Below are positions 62,119 through 64,000 of a DNA stretch of 64,000 nucleotides, piece after piece. The stretch spans positions 507,905-571,904 of the forward strand of contig MU006097.1 of the NCBI GenBank assembly GCA_010093705.1. Direction: 5' to 3'. The stretch comes from Patellaria atrata CBS 101060. Its lineage: Eukaryota. Both the position numbers and the translations under genes were made by a program. The stretch's first letter is position 1, and every line of letters begins with the position of its first letter. Under the pieces are notes generated by a model. The model was not told the origin of the DNA. It saw nothing but the letters and a program-made list of their open reading frames with translations, and did not search any database.

Positions 62119-63009
62119 GATGTGAATGGTGCAACTATAGAAACTCGGAATAACTGAATAGTATGGCTGATGTGGGGATAGGAATTGAATATTGTGGGCT
62201 AGATCCTGCGAGATGTGTTGATGTTGATGTTGATGCTGATGCGGATTTGACTTATGGAGGTTAGATCTGGGGATGTTCCGGAATGCTCGGGGTGTACTCA
62301 GCTGTAGGAGTATAAATGATGATAGGGGTAGAGTAGAAAGAAGAAGAGAAAGAGAAGAAAAGAGTGGCAAAAAGGGGTTGAAGGGTTGACGACCGAAAAG
62401 GGAAGAGAAAGGTAAAGAGGCTGAGGTGATTGAAAGATTGGGAAGAGGGCGCTTTGCAGCATAATTTAGAGAAGACGCCAGGCGATGAGGGAAATCGAGG
62501 TTATAGTTACTCAGCACATACATATAGCTCAGACCTCAGTGTCCGGATGCCAATCGGGTCTCAGTGATTCTGTTCTAGATGATATGTGAGATTCAGGACT
62601 AAGTCTATGAATCCGTTGGCTGATCACGGTAAACTCTAAAGCACTTTAAGAATCTGACTTGGGGTGAGGTCCTCGATTCTTTATGAGAAGTAATCCAAAG
62701 TCTCTGATATAATCTATGTATCTTCGATGTAGGTGTCGTGGGCGTACAGTAGTTGTCCAACATCGGATGCTGGTCAGTGACCGAGCTCCGCAACCGGCCC
62801 GAAACCCGAACTGCCTAACCCCAGACTATGAGTACTTTGAGTTACATATAGACGAAGAACTGTCCTTTTCTCAATTTTCTTTGTTAAACTAGGACGTACA
62901 CTCAAGGGATGCCATATATATATATATCTGAGAGTTATCTCAGCATATTGACGGATTCCTTGGTAGATGAGTTCTAGGTATGGCTAAGGTGGATTAGTTC
63001 TACTAAAGA

Positions 63010-63016
63010 TGACTCA
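63010..63016. promoter_or_regulatory. Gcn4/CpcA site TGACTCA upstream of trpC
   Basis: Perfect ATGACTCA ~135 bp upstream of the ATG of a Trp-biosynthesis gene. Confidence 0.65.
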
Positions 63017-63148
63017 GGGCAGAATATAAATCATTACACACTACTGTTCACAAAACAGAGCTGCTTTCCGTTGAACATACTGATTCACGGGAAAGTATAA
63101 AACGTCGAACTGGTCGATTTTCCTGGAGATACCATCTTGGAAGCAATT

Positions 63149-64000
63149 ATGGCTGGTTTATCCCTCGTTGACAATTCACCCCACAATCCTAAGCCATCTC
63201 CTCCCATCCCAACGGCCTCTAACGTTATCCTGATCGATAACTATGATTCCTTCACATGGAATGTATATCAATACCTCGTCCTCGAAGGAGCTACCGTCAC
63301 GGTATATCGCAATGACGAGATTACCCTTCAAGAATTAATCCACAAATCGCCCACACAGCTTGTTATAAGTCCGGGTCCTGGACATCCGGAGACAGATTCA
63401 GGAATAAGCAATGAGGCCATCAAGCACTTCTCAGGCAAGGTACCTGTCCTCGGTGTCTGTATGGGCGAGTAGGTATTCTGTCTCCATAACGTGCAGAACA
63501 CTGCTAATTATCCCCCACTAGGCAATGCATTTACGCAGCCTTTGGTGGTAAAGTAGATGTAACTGGAGAGATACTACATGGCAAAACATCCCAATTACAA
63601 CACGATGGGAAAGGCATGTATGCGAATCTACCGCAAGAGCTCAATGTCACTCGTTACCATTCCCTCGCCGGCACACATCCCACCCTCCCAGAGTGTTTAG
63701 AAGTCTCATCCTGGGTGAAATCAGGGACAGAAGGTGGCAAGAGCATAATCATGGGTGTTCGACATAAAACATACCTTGTTGAGGGAGTGCAATTCCACCC
63801 GGAAAGTATTTTAACGGAAGAGGGATATACGATGCTGAAGAATTTCCTTCACATGCAAGGCGGCACTTGGGCGGAGAATGAAAGACTCTCGGGGAAAGCA
63901 TCTAGGAACGGTACCGTCACTGATGGAACTCCTAAGTCTAAAGGGAATTCTATTCTTGAGAAGATATATGAACATCGCAAAACTGCCGTAGCGGCACAGA
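63149..64000 (+). CDS. trpC: Multifunctional anthranilate synthase component II / IGPS (/PRAI), 5' part truncated by the window; intron 63469-63521
   Basis: [30 protein letters not shown] (catalytic Cys), RYHSL and GVQFHPES, then the IGPS start [11 protein letters not shown]. Confidence 0.95.

Noticed and set aside
62026..62523. 165-aa ORF in the track
   Set aside because: The upstream ~135 codons are low-complexity UTR-like sequence; only the last 30 codons look coding.
1..64000. CRISPR arrays, rRNA, intact transposons, telomeric repeats
   Set aside because: No repeat-spacer arrays, rRNA motifs, transposase/RT/integrase motifs or TTAGGG arrays were seen; the sequence is fungal nuclear DNA.

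Overview
Eukaryotic DNA from a filamentous ascomycete (Pezizomycotina-like; short GT-AG introns with CTRAC/CTAAT branch sites). About 20 intact, mostly spliced genes are present: a GPI-type Pro/Thr-rich surface protein, a Sac7-like RhoGAP, TIM9, LYS2, a Dcg1-like racemase, an SDR aldehyde reductase, cohesin SCC3, a GMC oxidoreductase, an RtcA-type RNA 3'-phosphate cyclase, fRMsr (GAF), Fta4, a 940-aa acidic orphan, a coiled-coil protein, a GH6 cellulase, MAF1, AP-1 sigma, a DUF676 lipase, REX3, a golgin-like coiled-coil protein and the 5' part of trpC. They are separated by AT-richer islands of decayed genes (C2H2-like, four F-box-like relics, kinase relics) with RIP-like lesions. The strongest signals missing from the ORF track are: (i) a spliced 41-aa cationic microprotein gene divergent from LYS2, and a possible 30-aa microprotein near trpC; (ii) a 275-nt highly structured LYS2 intron with an 8-bp direct repeat; (iii) a ~335-nt structured plus-strand ncRNA candidate ending in ACA between RtcA and fRMsr; (iv) a lipase intron that can base-pair over its own 5' splice site; (v) a 5-nt microexon in fRMsr; (vi) an atypical LYS2 (no N-terminal extension, GGNS carrier motif) next to a racemase and a reductase. 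All gene models and RNA pairings were read by eye; no searches or folding programs were run.
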